NCBI GenBank assembly: GCA_964016885.1
Contig: OZ024740.1
Location: 238,018,001 to 238,082,000, forward strand
Direction: 5' to 3'
DNA from: Eledone cirrhosa
Lineage: Eukaryota
Length of the DNA: 64,000 bases
The position numbers and the translations under genes were made by a program. The notes under the pieces were generated by a model that was given only the letters and a program-made list of their open reading frames with translations, did no database searches and was not told the DNA's origin. Below are positions 24,266-44,323 of this stretch, in pieces (the stretch's first letter is position 1; each line of letters starts with the position of its first letter).

Positions 24266-24535
24266 CCTTCTGGAAGACATGCTTGAAAAATCTGCCCCAC
24301 GACCATCCCAGGATTAAGTGGGCAAAGAAGAAGAAGAAGAAGAAGAAGAAGAAGAAGGAGGAGGCGGAGGAGGGGGAGGAGGAGGAGGAGGAGGAGGAGT
24401 GGGATATGGGGAGGGGGAGGGGGATTTGGATGACGGGGGGGGGGGGGGATAGGAAAGCTGGATATTCCTGATGATTTCATATGAATGAAACAGTTCGAGT
24501 CCTCTGTAGAAGTCATTTCTATCATTATCAACATC

Positions 24536-27185
24536 ATCATCATTTTACGTCTGCTCTTCCCTGCTTGAAAGGGTGGGACGGGTCTTATTCAGCACACCAT
24601 CTCTCCACTTGTCACAGTCCTTCATCATCTCCACCGTGGGCTTCAGCGATCTGAGGTCTGTTCTCACCACCTCTGCCCATGTTTTTCGTGGTCTTCCTCT
24701 ACCACGTCTTCCTTCAACTGGCATTTCCTGACACTTCTTCACCCATCGGTCATCCTCCATGCGCATCACATGTCCATACCACCTCAGTCTCCTCTCCCAT
24801 ACACTACACTCTATCCCTCTCAGACACAGTTTCTCTCTCAACACATTTATGCTGGGTCGTTCACGCACATTTACACTGCACATCCAATGGAGCATGCTTG
24901 CCTCATTTCTCTCCAGCCGTCGCATATCCTCTACAGTTGCTGCCCATGTCTCACTACCATGCAGCATCGCGCTCCTCACACAGGCATCATATAACCGGCC
25001 TTTTGTACGCAGGGAGAAACCCTTCTTCGTCAGCAGAGGAAGCAGATCCCTAAACTTCTTCCAACCCGTCCTTATTCTAGATACTATAGCCTCGGAACCC
25101 CCCCCCCCCCATGCTAATGTGATCTCCTAGGTACCGGAAGCTATCCACCACTTCTGTAGCATCCGCCTGCATTTAAAAAATGCGTCTATCAATGCGACTT
25201 CTACTGTCTAATTTCCCTGTACATCTACTGCATACGTATTTCTCCCTACCTGTTAGTTTGCCTGCTATCCCACTACATCTCTTGTGTACCCAGGATCTGC
25301 ATTGTGAGCATTTTATAGAATTTATGCTAGTTCCTTTTCTGCATATCGAACATGGCCATTTCCCTGATGGAATCAGAGTTTTGTCCTCTTTTCAACTCAT
25401 CAACACTTTTGTCTTAGCTTATGTTCACTCTCAGTCCTCTTGCTTCCAACTGCTGTTTCCATAGCCAGAATTTATTCTCTAGCTCCTCTACTGATTCTGC
25501 TATAAGAACCAGATCGTCAGCATAGAGAAGTTCCCATGGACAGCCAGTCTTAAAATCCTCTGTTATGGCTTGGAGGACTATAATGAACAAGAGTGGGCTG
25601 AGGACCGAACCTTGATGTACTCCTACTTGTATCTGGAATTCCTCACTAAACTCCATTCCTACCCTAACTTTACTGACGGTACCTCTGTACAAAGTTTGCA
25701 CTGTCCTCACAAGCTATTCCTCAACACCTAGTTTCCTTAGGGACCACCAGATGACAGATCGGGGTACCCTATCAAAGGCCTTCTCTAGATCAACAAAGGC
25801 TAAGTATAGTGGCTTATTTTTCTCTAAGAACCTCTCTTGTAATTGTCTCACCAAGAAGAGAGCATCTGTTGTACTCTTCCCAGGAACAAAACCAAACTGC
25901 ATCTCATCTAGTTTGACCCTTTCTCTAATTAGTTGTGCTTATATCCTTTCTACCACTTTCATCACCTGATCCATCAGTTTTATACCCCTATAATTGCTCC
26001 TCTCCTTTACCTTTGTAGCAATTTATGAGAATACTGCTGCACCAGTCTTTGGGTATGACACCACCATATATAGCCTGATTGATGATGTGTGCAACCAGTT
26101 TAGTGCCTACGTCCCCTGATGCCTTCAGCATCTCAGCAACTATCCCCGATGGTCCAGCAGCCTTACCATTTTTCATTTCCTTAATCGCCTCTTGGACCCT
26201 ATATTCGTCAATCTCAATAGCTCGTCCCTCTGTCGGATCTACTCAGGGTAATTTTTCTCTCTCCCATTCGTTCTCCACATTCATCAGTCTCTCATAATGA
26301 CATTTCCAGGCCTCCTTTTTCTGATCATTCGTGACACTAAGTACACTAGCATCATTCCGGACACATTTATCTCCAACAACATCCTGATTTGCATTGACAC
26401 ACTGCCTTGCAATGTGGAACACCGCACGCCTCTGATCTTCCCGTCGCAGAACATTGGCAAACCTCCTGCTCTCAGCCTCCCTGCGTGCTAAGTACACCTG
26501 ACGTCTAACTTCTCTCTTAGAGGCTGTATATTCTTCCCTACTCCCACCCTTTTTCCAAGCCTTCTATGCTAGTCTTTTGTCTCTAATGGCCTTATCTACT
26601 GTGCTATTCCACCACCAGGTCACTCTCTGTCTGGTTGGAGCTCTGCTCCAGCCACAAGTTTCCTCAGTAGCCTGCAGTAAGTTATCACGTAAGAAATTCC
26701 AATTATTATCTATGTCATACGTCTCTAAACCGTCTTCTTTTTCGTCATACACATCTTGAAGGGCTTTCCTAAATTTGTATTTTAGTGAAAGGTCTTTTAG
26801 CTTCCAGACCTTTCTTCTCCACACCTTCCTGTATGTCTCATTCCGTCTCTTGCCTACTGAGATATCACTAACGACTAACTTATGCTGTGGGGTACATTCT
26901 TCCCCGGGGTATGCCTTGGTATTTGACACCATCTGCTTGTCTTGCTGCCTAACTAGTAAGAAGTTAATCTGGCTTATGTACTCGCCAGATTTGTAGGTTA
27001 TTAGGTGATTGGCAGGTTTCTGGAAGTTAGTGTTGCAAATAGTCAGTGTACTTGCATCACAAAATTCAAGAAGTCTCACTCCTTCCTCATTTCTTGAGCC
27101 ATAACCGTGCCCACCATGTACCCCAGTGTAACCATCCTAGAGCTGTCCAACATGACCATTGAAGTCCCCTGCTAGCATAACGATA
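24536..27185 (-). mobile_element. RTE-clade LINE, decayed (endonuclease C-terminal part + RT + 3' tail)
   Basis: GDFNGHVG, AFVDLEKAFDRV, GVHQGSVLSPLLF, LLYADDL, RRLRWYGHVMR in broken ORFs; (CAT)n tail at 24532-24543. Confidence 0.93.
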
Positions 27186-27649
27186 TATATAGGGAGCTCA
27201 TAGATAGTACAACACACGGTTTTTCGTGGGGGTAAGATTTTACTAATTTTCGTATTCTGAAAGGCCAAAATACAACAAAAGTTTTTGCTCATTGAAAGCC
27301 GGAAGTTGTTGTGACAAAAGCTGTGGAAGCTACAGAAATATTCCATATATTCTTCCAGAGCAATCTCTATTTAAACATTTTACATTTTACGCTTACTTGT
27401 TCGCCATTGCAAAAGGCCATAAATTCAAATTTTGAAAAGAGAGGAAAAGGGAACTATGAACTATGAACTTGTACATCTCACTGCCCCCAATAACGTCTAC
27501 ACTCGCTCCCCACCACACCACATAAGTCATTACCCTATCTACATTAAGACCTGTTGACAAACTGCTAACTCCTTTGTTGTATGTATATGTATATATACAT
27601 ATATGTGTGTATATATATGTATGTATATATATATATCTCAGTGGATGCG

Positions 27650-28390
27650 ACCAGATTTCAACACAGCAACAACTACAACAACAACAGCAACTACAACAAC
27701 AGCGACAGCAACAACAACAGCAACAACACCATTGTCTGTGGTGAATGTGTATGTATGTATATATATATATATGTGTGTATGTATATATATATGTATGTGT
27801 ATATATCACACACGCGAAGCGAACAAATTTCAAAATTTCAACTCAGCGACTACAACAGCAACAATAACAGCAACAGCAACAACACCATTGTCTGCAGCAG
27901 CACCAGTGAAATGAACAACAACAACGGCAGTAGCAGCCGCAGCAGCAGCAGCAGCAACAACAACAACAACAACAACAGCAACAACAACAACAACAACAAC
28001 TGCCACCACCATCACTGACACCATCCATCACCACCACCATCACCATACTGACACCATCCACCACTTCACCACCACCACCATCACTGACACTATCCACCAC
28101 CACCACCATCACTGACCCAATCCACCACCATCACTGACCCCATCCACCACCTTCACCACCACCACTACTACTACCACCACCATCACTGACACCATCCACC
28201 ACCACTACTACCACCACCACCATCACTGACACCATCCACCACCACCACCACCATCATTGTCACAATCCACCACCACCATCATCACCATCACTGACACCAT
28301 CCACCACCTGTATCTCCACCACTACCACCACCACCACCATCTCTGGCACCACCACCACCATCACTGACACTATCCACCACCACCATCACC
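27650..28390. repeat. (CAA/CAG)n and (CCA/CAT)n low-complexity arrays
   Basis: Direct inspection; recurrent catcactgacaccatccaccacc. Confidence 0.85.
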
Positions 28391-28493
28391 AGCGTAAAGC
28401 AAACAATTATTATTATTATTATTATATAAAAACTGAACTGGACTGGCAAAGTCAACAGTTGACAAGATTTTGATTTTGTATCAGTACTGCCGG

Positions 28494-28545
<52 letters not shown>

Positions 28546-28689
28546 GAGTGGTGTGTGTCTTTGTATGCATGAGTGTTGGTGTGTGAGTGGCGTGTGTGTT
28601 TGTAGTTTGTATGCATGAGTGTTGGTGTGTGAGTGTGTGTGTGTGCGTCGTGTCAATAAGTGTTTTTTTTATGACCATGTTGTAAAATG

Positions 28690-29245
28690 GAGGGGTAGAG
28701 AGGGCCCTTGAGTCTAGTAAGACATCCTCTCTAGTGTTGGTGGCACAAACAAAAGCACCCAGTCCATGCCGTAAGGTGGCGCTGGTGTTAGGAAGGGCAT
28801 CCAACCAGTGTATCAATGCCAAAACGCTTAGCAGCACAACAACAAAGGGATAGGAACAACAACAAAATATGAAGACGTCGCATCTCAGAGTTGCAAGACT
28901 TAATGTTGGCACTCTCAGAGGTAGATCTGCTGAAATAGCGGAGATGCTGGAGAGAAGGCAGGTGGATGTGTGCTGCGTGCAAGAGGTGAGATGGAGAGGT
29001 GCCTCTGCGAGATTAGTCGTAGGCAAACATCTTAGCTATAAGCTTTTCTGGGTAGGTAAGGATAATGGGTTAGGGGGAATATGCAATTTCCTGGCTGAGA
29101 GATGGATCAATAAGACAATAGAGGTAGTTCGAGTTAGTAATCGAATAATTAAGCTTAGATTAGTTGTAGGCAGGAGACTACTGACAATCATCTCTGCCTA
29201 TCCTCCCTAGGCAAAGAAGAGAAAGACTGCTTTTACGAGCAACTC
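28690..29245 (+). mobile_element. 5' end of an RTE LINE (5' UTR + AP-endonuclease N-terminus)
   Basis: ORF 28869-29210: LNVGTLRGR...VDVCCVQEVRWRG...IISAYPP, then EKDCFYEQL; ttaggaagggcatcc motif in the UTR. Confidence 0.88.
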
Positions 29246-29909
29246 TATACTCTATAAATGTATTGAGTACCTTTTAAACTGTAGTTACACAACTTGAGAA
29301 TCTACATTTTATATATACATATAAACATATGCTGGTCCATGATGAAATGTACCCAAACCACACTGTAATGTGGTAGTGCTAGGGCTATGAGAAACCCACC
29401 CAATCCACCCTGTTAGGTGGCACTGATGGTACCACAAGAAAATGAACCCAGTATGTACTGTTAAGTGATTGGAATTAGAAAGAGCATCCAGCTATAGAAG
29501 CCATATCAGAATGGAGTGTATGAGGAAGATACAGTCATCTGACCTGTCTGGCCTCAGAGCATGACAACCAAATTAATTCATACAAGCATGGAAAATAGAC
29601 ATAAGTCAGTCGTTATGGTGGTGGTGGTGGTGGTGCTGCTGCTGTTACTGTTGGTGGTGATTTTGGTGTTTGTGGTGGTCGTGGTAATGGTCGTGGTGGT
29701 AGTGGTGGTGGTGGTTGGTGTGGTGGTGGTGTTGATGGTGGTGTTGGTGGTGGTGGTGATGATGGTGGTGTAGGTAGTGGTGGTGATGATAATGATGACA
29801 ACGATGTCACTATTTTATATACACTTATGAAATACAATACGTATCTAAAAGTTAGCTCAATCGCCAGAGGCAAACACCACACACAAACACACACACATAT
29901 ATATGTATG

Positions 29910-35280
<5,371 letters not shown>

Positions 35281-35296
35281 TATATATATATATATA

Positions 35297-35412
35297 TAAG
35301 TTGAAAAAAAATGAAAACAAAATTTCATTTCTCACTCTTAGTATGGCACTTACTTAAATGTAAGTATGTATGTATACGTACATACATATATGTATACAGA
35401 CGTACAGTAGCA

Positions 35413-35470
<58 letters not shown>

Positions 35471-36011
35471 TACACAAATGCATACAGGTACACATACATA
35501 TATGCACGCATCAGTTTAGCCGGCGTTTATTATAACGCCGGCCGCTTTGTTCGTTTGTTTGTCAACTGTACGTCTGTATACATATATGTATGTACGTATA
35601 CATACATACTTACATTTAAGTAAGTGCCATACTAAGAGTGAGAAATGAAATTTCGTTTTCATTTTTTTTCAACTTATCGTTTTCGGTATGCCTGACCGAT
35701 TTAACTCACTCAATATGCAAATTAGGCTGCTCAGCCGTTAATTTTCATAAGGAAAGTATATACTTTCGAACGTTCAACTATCTGGCAGATGGGTAAACGG
35801 TGCTGATGATAGCTAACAAGCTTGAAACTAGTACATCGTTCCTGTGTCAGTGTTGAACAAAAAGGTGACGTGGTTGCCTTAACACCGTATGGCATAAATT
35901 CAGGCTGTTCGCTTTGTTGACAAACAAACGAACAAAGCGGCCGGCGTTATAATAAACGCCGGCTAAACTGATGCGTGCATATATGTATGTGTACCTGTAT
36001 GCATATGTGTA

Positions 36012-36101
<90 letters not shown>

Positions 36102-36146
36102 TGCTACTGTACGTCTGTATACATATATGTATGTACGTATACATAT
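35297..36146. mobile_element. ~420-bp HHR family, fold-back insertion (copy D)
   Basis: Minus 35297-35565; plus 35565-36146 starts and ends in actgtacgtctgtatacatatatgtatgtacgtataca; HHR 35798-35838 (+) with CTGATGA, GAAA, GTA. Confidence 0.87.
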
Positions 36147-36651
36147 ATATATATATATATATATATATTGATATCACTGGGGAGATTATATCTGTTTAAT
36201 ATGAAAATATTAACCATTTATTCAAATACACATTGAATTTCAGGCATTTAATTAACATTTTAAAAATGAATTGGAAATTATTTGCTTTTTATAGACAATA
36301 ATTGATATTTATAGTTTTAGTCTGGTAGGACACTGTCTGATTAGCCTACCCAGACATCTTATCCCAGCAGTAGACATTTAACATGAAATATATAATTGCT
36401 TAAGAGATAGTGTATAGGTTATTTCCAGTTCAACTAACTTTATATTCATTGAATATTTCAACAGATTAAATTGACCAATCTATACAATGGCAAGTTTCAA
36501 ATAATATCTAATAAAAAAAAATATCTGGGACAAAAATTATCAACTGTTACTAAATTTTTTATTCATTTCCTTAATTAACTGTATTCATTAATTCCAAGTA
36601 AAAAAAAAAAGAATTAAAAAACATTAAATGAAATTAAGGAAATCATTTTAT

Positions 36652-38070
<1,419 letters not shown>

Positions 38071-38165
38071 TATATATGAAATTTTTGACTAAATATTTAT
38101 TTTAGCCTGATAGTGGGGTTTAGAACCCATGCCGAGGCCGAGGTATTACGTACTTCTCTGTACTG

Positions 38166-38260
<95 letters not shown>

Positions 38261-40325
38261 TATTGAAGTTTCTGTTGAAAATTGAAAAAGTCATAGGAGT
38301 GAAGAGTGCTCTATGTAAGTACCAGCGCTAAATTTAATGTATAATAAACAATACAATATAATTACCTCATTACCAGAGGTTTCCCGAATAAGACGAATTC
38401 AAGAAACGTCCTCATTCGTTCGTCGGACAAGGCAATTTAAAACATAGAGAAATATTTGAAAAATCTTCTCAAGAAAGGCGAAAGTTTAACGGGCAAAAAA
38501 ATATATAAATAAAAGTAATGCAAGAGATATATAAAAATAAAATAAGGAAATATAGTTAGGGTATGTGTATAAATGTGTGTATATTCACTCACAAATGTAC
38601 ATATGTGTGTATGTACAAATGCATGTGTATAGTGAAAAAATGTGTGCGTAAGTACATATATGAGGGCAAGCATATCAGTGTATGTGTGACCACAAATACG
38701 TATATAATATATGTTGAAAAAGAAATTGTAAGATAATAGAGTTAACGTACCTCCAGACTCAGGTACTAAGGATTGAAATATATATACATACAAGTATGAA
38801 AGCACGCGTATAAACACACACATACGCGCAACCACATACATGCGAGTGATATATACAGGGAAGGCAGTGTATCAGTCAAAGCAGTGTCAGGCTGAAGGTC
38901 GATACATATATAAAAATGAAAAAATGAAAAAATATATGAGAATAAAAAAAATTAAATCAAAGAGAAAGTAAGAGGGGGGGGTTATCAATTATAAAGTAAC
39001 ACTAGAAAAGATATAAAACATATATAGGTTCGTACGTACACACATATATATAAAAATATATATATAAATACGTACAGACAAAAGCACATACATGCGTACA
39101 TACATACAAAGGCGCGCATACATACACACGTAGCACATATATATATATATATATATATATACGTACATGTACATCTAATCACACGCACGCACGCAACTAT
39201 ATATATATATATATATACATACACACACATATATATATATATAAATATATATATATATACATATACATATCCACACACACACACATATATATAAGTATGT
39301 AAAAAACATAGATATAAAAACACACATACACACACACACACATATACACACACATATACACACACACACGCACATACGAATGCATTCGTATACATATACA
39401 AACACGCATACACACATATGCACGCTCACACGCATAGATACAATATAAAAACCAGCCGTATGAATAAATGAGTACACATTATACATAAAAGCGGCTGAGA
39501 GACAACAGAATATATCTGGAGTTGAAAACGCAAGTGACATGTTTTATCAGGTAGTGAAAGAAAACGGGGAAGTAAAATATGTAAAATTGTGAAGATATAA
39601 AGTAAGTGAATCAAAAGGCGGGTTGGAGTGGGGGGGGGGGGGGGTCACTGGTGGTTGTGAAGTAAAAATAAAGTTAAAAATAAAAATAAAAGTAAATCAG
39701 AAAGAGTCTGTAAAGTCTGTAAAGAGGGTAATTTAAGGAAAGTGAAGAACAAAAGTTTATGGAGGATAATTATCTGAAAGTGAGTTAAGTTTATATGAGC
39801 TGGAAAGCAAGTGTGATTTCATGTGTGGGCAACTGGTGAAAATTTCTGTTTTTGCATTTAGGCAGGTTTTTGATGATTTAAGGTTCTGTAAAATCCAATA
39901 TTTTTCACTTATGCAGAGTGCGCATCTTCTTGTTCCTCTTGCATATTCTTTAGATTGGTTCAAAATTGACCAATCTAATTTATATTGGATACCTTGGTCT
40001 TTCAAATCCCATATTCTGCTAGCCAGAGCTGTTGTAAATCTTTTTTCAGGATGTCGGAAAGATGCGACATGTGAGTAATAACGCGTTTGGAATGTCTTGT
40101 GTCCTACCCACATATCGTTCGCTGGTGGCTGGTAGGTTGTTGCTGGTGGTTGTCACTTTAGCCGTATATACAATGGCTTTGGTGTTGCATTTACCTTGTA
40201 ATGGGCATTCACTTTTGACTCTACAGGAGCAATTTTGATGTTCTCTGGGTATTTTCTTATTGAGGATTGAGCCCTTTTAAAGTCGAGCACTCTTCAGTCA
40301 AAACGATTTTTAACCAATACTGAAC

Positions 40326-42442
40326 ATGGATAGACATCATTTGGACTACTCCATCAAGAATATCCCAACACCTTCTAACACTTCCTACACTAAAATGTTG
40401 ATAGACAAAGTAGAGAAAGTTGTTAAAAGAATGAGATGGAAAGCTTTGATTTTCGATGGACACTTTAACACGGACTCTACAGAATATTTTGATATCAAGT
40501 CTCATAAATACCCGCAAAGAGTAACTAGACTTAGTTAATTTAATCAACCAAATCAAATTCCGTAAGTGCTCTAACCTTTTCAATCTAAACTATCTAACGA
40601 TATTTCAATATTCAAATCTTCTAAAAATAAGTTCATTTTCTCTGACAAAACTAAAACATTATACGAAGTTAATAATAACTTACATGACCAACTCTTAACA
40701 GATAACATCACCTCTAAATACCAAATAGGTAATATAAACACATATAATACTATAAATAAGGAAGCTAAAGAATTAGCTAGTTTTTTTTTAAATAGACAAT
40801 AGAACAGAAAGACTTGCTAAACGTAATGCCTATATCACCCTCAAAGACCACAAACCTGATTTTATTAATCGTCCTAGTTGTAGATTAATCAACCCTGCTA
40901 AGACAGAAATCGGTCTTGCTAGCAAAAAAATATTAAATAATATAAACAAACATTAGAAGTAAGTCTGAATTACTCCAATGGATAAATAGCTCTTCCGTAG
41001 TACATTGGTTAAATAATATTAAAGATAAAAATAGTTCTAGATTCACCCAATTTGACATTGTAGACTTCTATCCGTCTATTACTCACCTTCTTTTAACTAA
41101 AGCCTTAAATTTCGCTAGAAAGTTTATCAATATTTCTGATATTGAAGAGAATGTCATTTTGCATGCTAGAAACACTTTACTATTTACTAATAATGACACT
41201 TGGGTAAAAATATCTAACCCAGAGAACCCATTCGATGTCTCAATGGGTTCTTTTGACAGTGCTGACGTGTGTGATTTAGTCGGCCTATTCCTCCTACACA
41301 CACTTAAAGAGAAATTCCCTAACCATACCTTTGGGCTTTATCGCGACGATGGTCTAATGCTTTCCCATACCACTATAGGCCATAACTTAGATAGATTAAG
41401 GAAAGACTTAATAAAAACCTTCGCTAGCTTTAATCTTAAAATTACCATTGACACTAACCTTTCCAATGTTAATTTTCTAGATATAAACCTAGATCTGCCT
41501 ACTGCTTCTTATAAACCGTACCATAAACCTAATGAAAATTTAAAATATATAAATAAAGGCTCTTGCCATCCTCCTATAGTTTTTAAAAATCTTATCCCTA
41601 ATATTAGCCGTAGGATCTCCACCCTCTCTTCCTCAGAAGCTATTTTCAATAAGGTATCCCACTACTATAATAAAGCCCTTCAAAATAGCGGATTTAGCGA
41701 ACTGATTAAGTACATACCCAACAATACTAACTCCTTTACACATAATAATAGGAAAAGAAAAATAATCTGGTTCACACACCACTACTCTTTAGCAGTTAAA
41801 ACTAACGTAGGCAAAAAATTCCTAGAGCTCTTAGATAAACATTTCCCTAGAATACATAGATACTATAAGATCTTCAATAGAAACTGTGTCAAAATCAGCT
41901 ACTCCTGCGGTCTCCCTATTAAATCTTATATCCTCAATAAGAAAATACCCAGAGAACATCAAAATTGCTCCTGTAGAGTCAAAAGTGAATGCCCATTACA
42001 AGGTAAATGCAACACCAAAGCCATTGTATATACGGCTAAAGTGACAACCACCAGCAACAACCTACCAGCCACCAGCGAACGATATGTGGGTAGGACACAA
42101 GACAAATTCCAAACGCGTTATTACTCACATGTCGCATCTTTCCGACATCCTGAAAAAAGATTTACAACAGCTCTGGCTAGCAGAATATGGGATTTGAAAG
42201 ACCAAGGTATCCAATATAAATTAGATTGGTCAATTTTGAACCAATCTAAAGAATATGCAAGAGGAACAAGAAGATGCGCACTCTGCATAAGTGAAAAATA
42301 TTGGATTTTACAGAACCTTAAATCATCAAAAACCTGCCTAAATGCAAAAACAAAAATTTTCACCAGTTGCCCACGCATGAAATCACACTTGCTTTCCAGC
42401 TCATATAAACTTAACTCACTTTCAGATACTTATCCTCCATAA
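40326..42442 (+). pseudogene. PLE RT + GIY-YIG ORF, frameshifted in the N-terminal third
   Basis: ORF track 40326-40538 and 41159-42442; FDIVDFYPSI lies between them. Confidence 0.88.
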
Positions 42443-42940
42443 ACTTTTGTTCTTCACTTTCCTTAAATTACCCTCTTTACAGACTTTACACACTCTTTCT
42501 GATTTACTTTTATTTTTATTTTTAACTTTATTTTTAACTTTATTTTTAACTTTATTTTTACTTCACAACCACCAGTGACCCCCCCCCCCCCCCCACTCCA
42601 ACCCGCCTTTTGATTCACTTACTTTATATCTTCACAATTTTACATATTTTACTTCCCCGTTTTCTTTCACTACCTGATAAAACATGTCACTTGCGTTTTC
42701 AACTCCAGATATATTCTGTTATCTCTCAGCCGCTTTTATGTATAATGTGTACTCATTTATTCATACGGCTGGTTTTTATATTGTATCTATGCGTGTGAGC
42801 GTGCATATGTGTGTATGCGTGTTTGTATATGTATACGAATGCATTCGTATGTGCGCGTGTGTGTGTATATATGTGTGTGTGTGTGTATGTGTGTTTTTAT
42901 ATCTATATTTTTTACATACTTATATATATGTGTGTGTGTG

Positions 42941-43000
<60 letters not shown>

Positions 43001-43785
43001 CGCATGTGTATGTATATGTGTATATATATATATAGTCGCGTGCCTGCGTGTGATTAGATGTACATGTACGTATATATATATATATGTGCTTCGTGTGTAT
43101 GTATGCGCGCCTTTGTATGTATGTACGCATGTATGTGCTTTTGTCTGTACGTATTTATATATATATTTTTATATATATGTGTGTACGTACGAACCTATAT
43201 ATGTTTTATATCTTTTCTAGTGTTACTTTATAATTGATAACCCCTCCGACTTACTTTCTCTTTGATTTAATTTTTTTTATTCCCATATATTTTTTCATTT
43301 TTTCATTTTTATATATGTATCGACCTTCAGCCTGACACTGCTTTGACTGATACACTGCCTTCCCTGTATATATCACTCGCATGTATGTGGTTGCGCGTAT
43401 GTGTGTGTTTATACGCGTGCTTTCATACTTGTATGTATATACATTTCAATCCTTAGTACCTGAGTCTGAATGTACGTTAACTCTATTATCTTACAATTTC
43501 TTTTTCAACATATATTATATACGTATTTGTGGTCACACATACACTGATATGCTTGCCTTCATATATGTACTTACGCACACATTTTTTCACTATACACATG
43601 CATTTGTACATACACACATATGTACATTTGTGAGTGAATATACACACATTTATACACACACACTAACTATATTTCCTTATTTTATTTTTATATATCTCTT
43701 GCATTACTTTTATTTATATATTTTTTTGCCCGTTAATCTTTTGCCTTTCTTGAGAAGATTTTTCAAATATTTCACTATGTTTTAA

Positions 43786-43861
43786 ATTGCCTTGTCCGAC
43801 GAACGAATGAGGACGTTTCTTGTATTCGTCTTATTCGGGAAACCTCAGGTAATGAAGTAAT
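43786..43861 (+). ncRNA. Type I hammerhead, U4C variant (mirror copy 38361-38436 on minus)
   Basis: attgccttgt-CCGACGA-acgaatgaggacg...cgtcttattcgg-GAAA-cctcagg-TA-atga(a/g)gtaat. Confidence 0.78.
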
Positions 43862-43894
43862 TATACTGTATTGTTAATTATACATTATATAAAT

Positions 43895-44058
43895 ATATAT
43901 TTATATAATTATATATTCGTTTACAGACATTTTTGCATACACACTAACAAAATATATACAAACGTATTCATTTCATGAGGCTCGATAAGGATAAATATAT
44001 ATCAAATACATAAGAACCCTAGAGCAAATCCCGAGCATTGCCGGGCCATTCTGAAAGT
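43895..44058 (+). mobile_element. Helitron-like 3' terminal fragment
   Basis: Inverted homologue of 37091-37245; cccgagcattgccggg hairpin followed by a degenerate terminus. Confidence 0.5.
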
Positions 44059-44284
44059 TATCATCAAAATGAAGATGGATTGTTTTGTGCTGTCATTGGA
44101 AAATGTTAGATATATGATCTTCAATGTATTAAAATGTTTATTTACCTACCTAGTTTCTCTATATCATAAGGAGATCAATCTATCTCTGTCTTTCCACCTA
44201 CTTACTTATTCCTCTTTCTGACTATGTATTTGTTAATCTCTCAGTCAGTCTATGTTCATCAATCTCTCTGTTGGTAGATCTACA

Positions 44285-44320
<36 letters not shown>

Positions 44321-44323
<3 letters not shown>

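Larger units (their letters stand above)
38258..43887 (+). mobile_element. Near full-length PLE with a ~1.9-kb inverted duplication of its 3' part
   Basis: 38335-40267 is the reverse complement of 41930-43887; broken ORF from 40326 (YSIKNIP...KRMRWKA) through GLYRDDGL and IVY...RYVG to 42442. Confidence 0.93.

Noticed and set aside
27391-27450. Possible minus-strand host micro-exon ending AA|GTAAGC
   Set aside because: No AG acceptor and no partner exon or homology visible.
38100-38170. ctgatagtggggtttagaaccc as a hammerhead
   Set aside because: Both core segments deviate and the stems cannot be closed.
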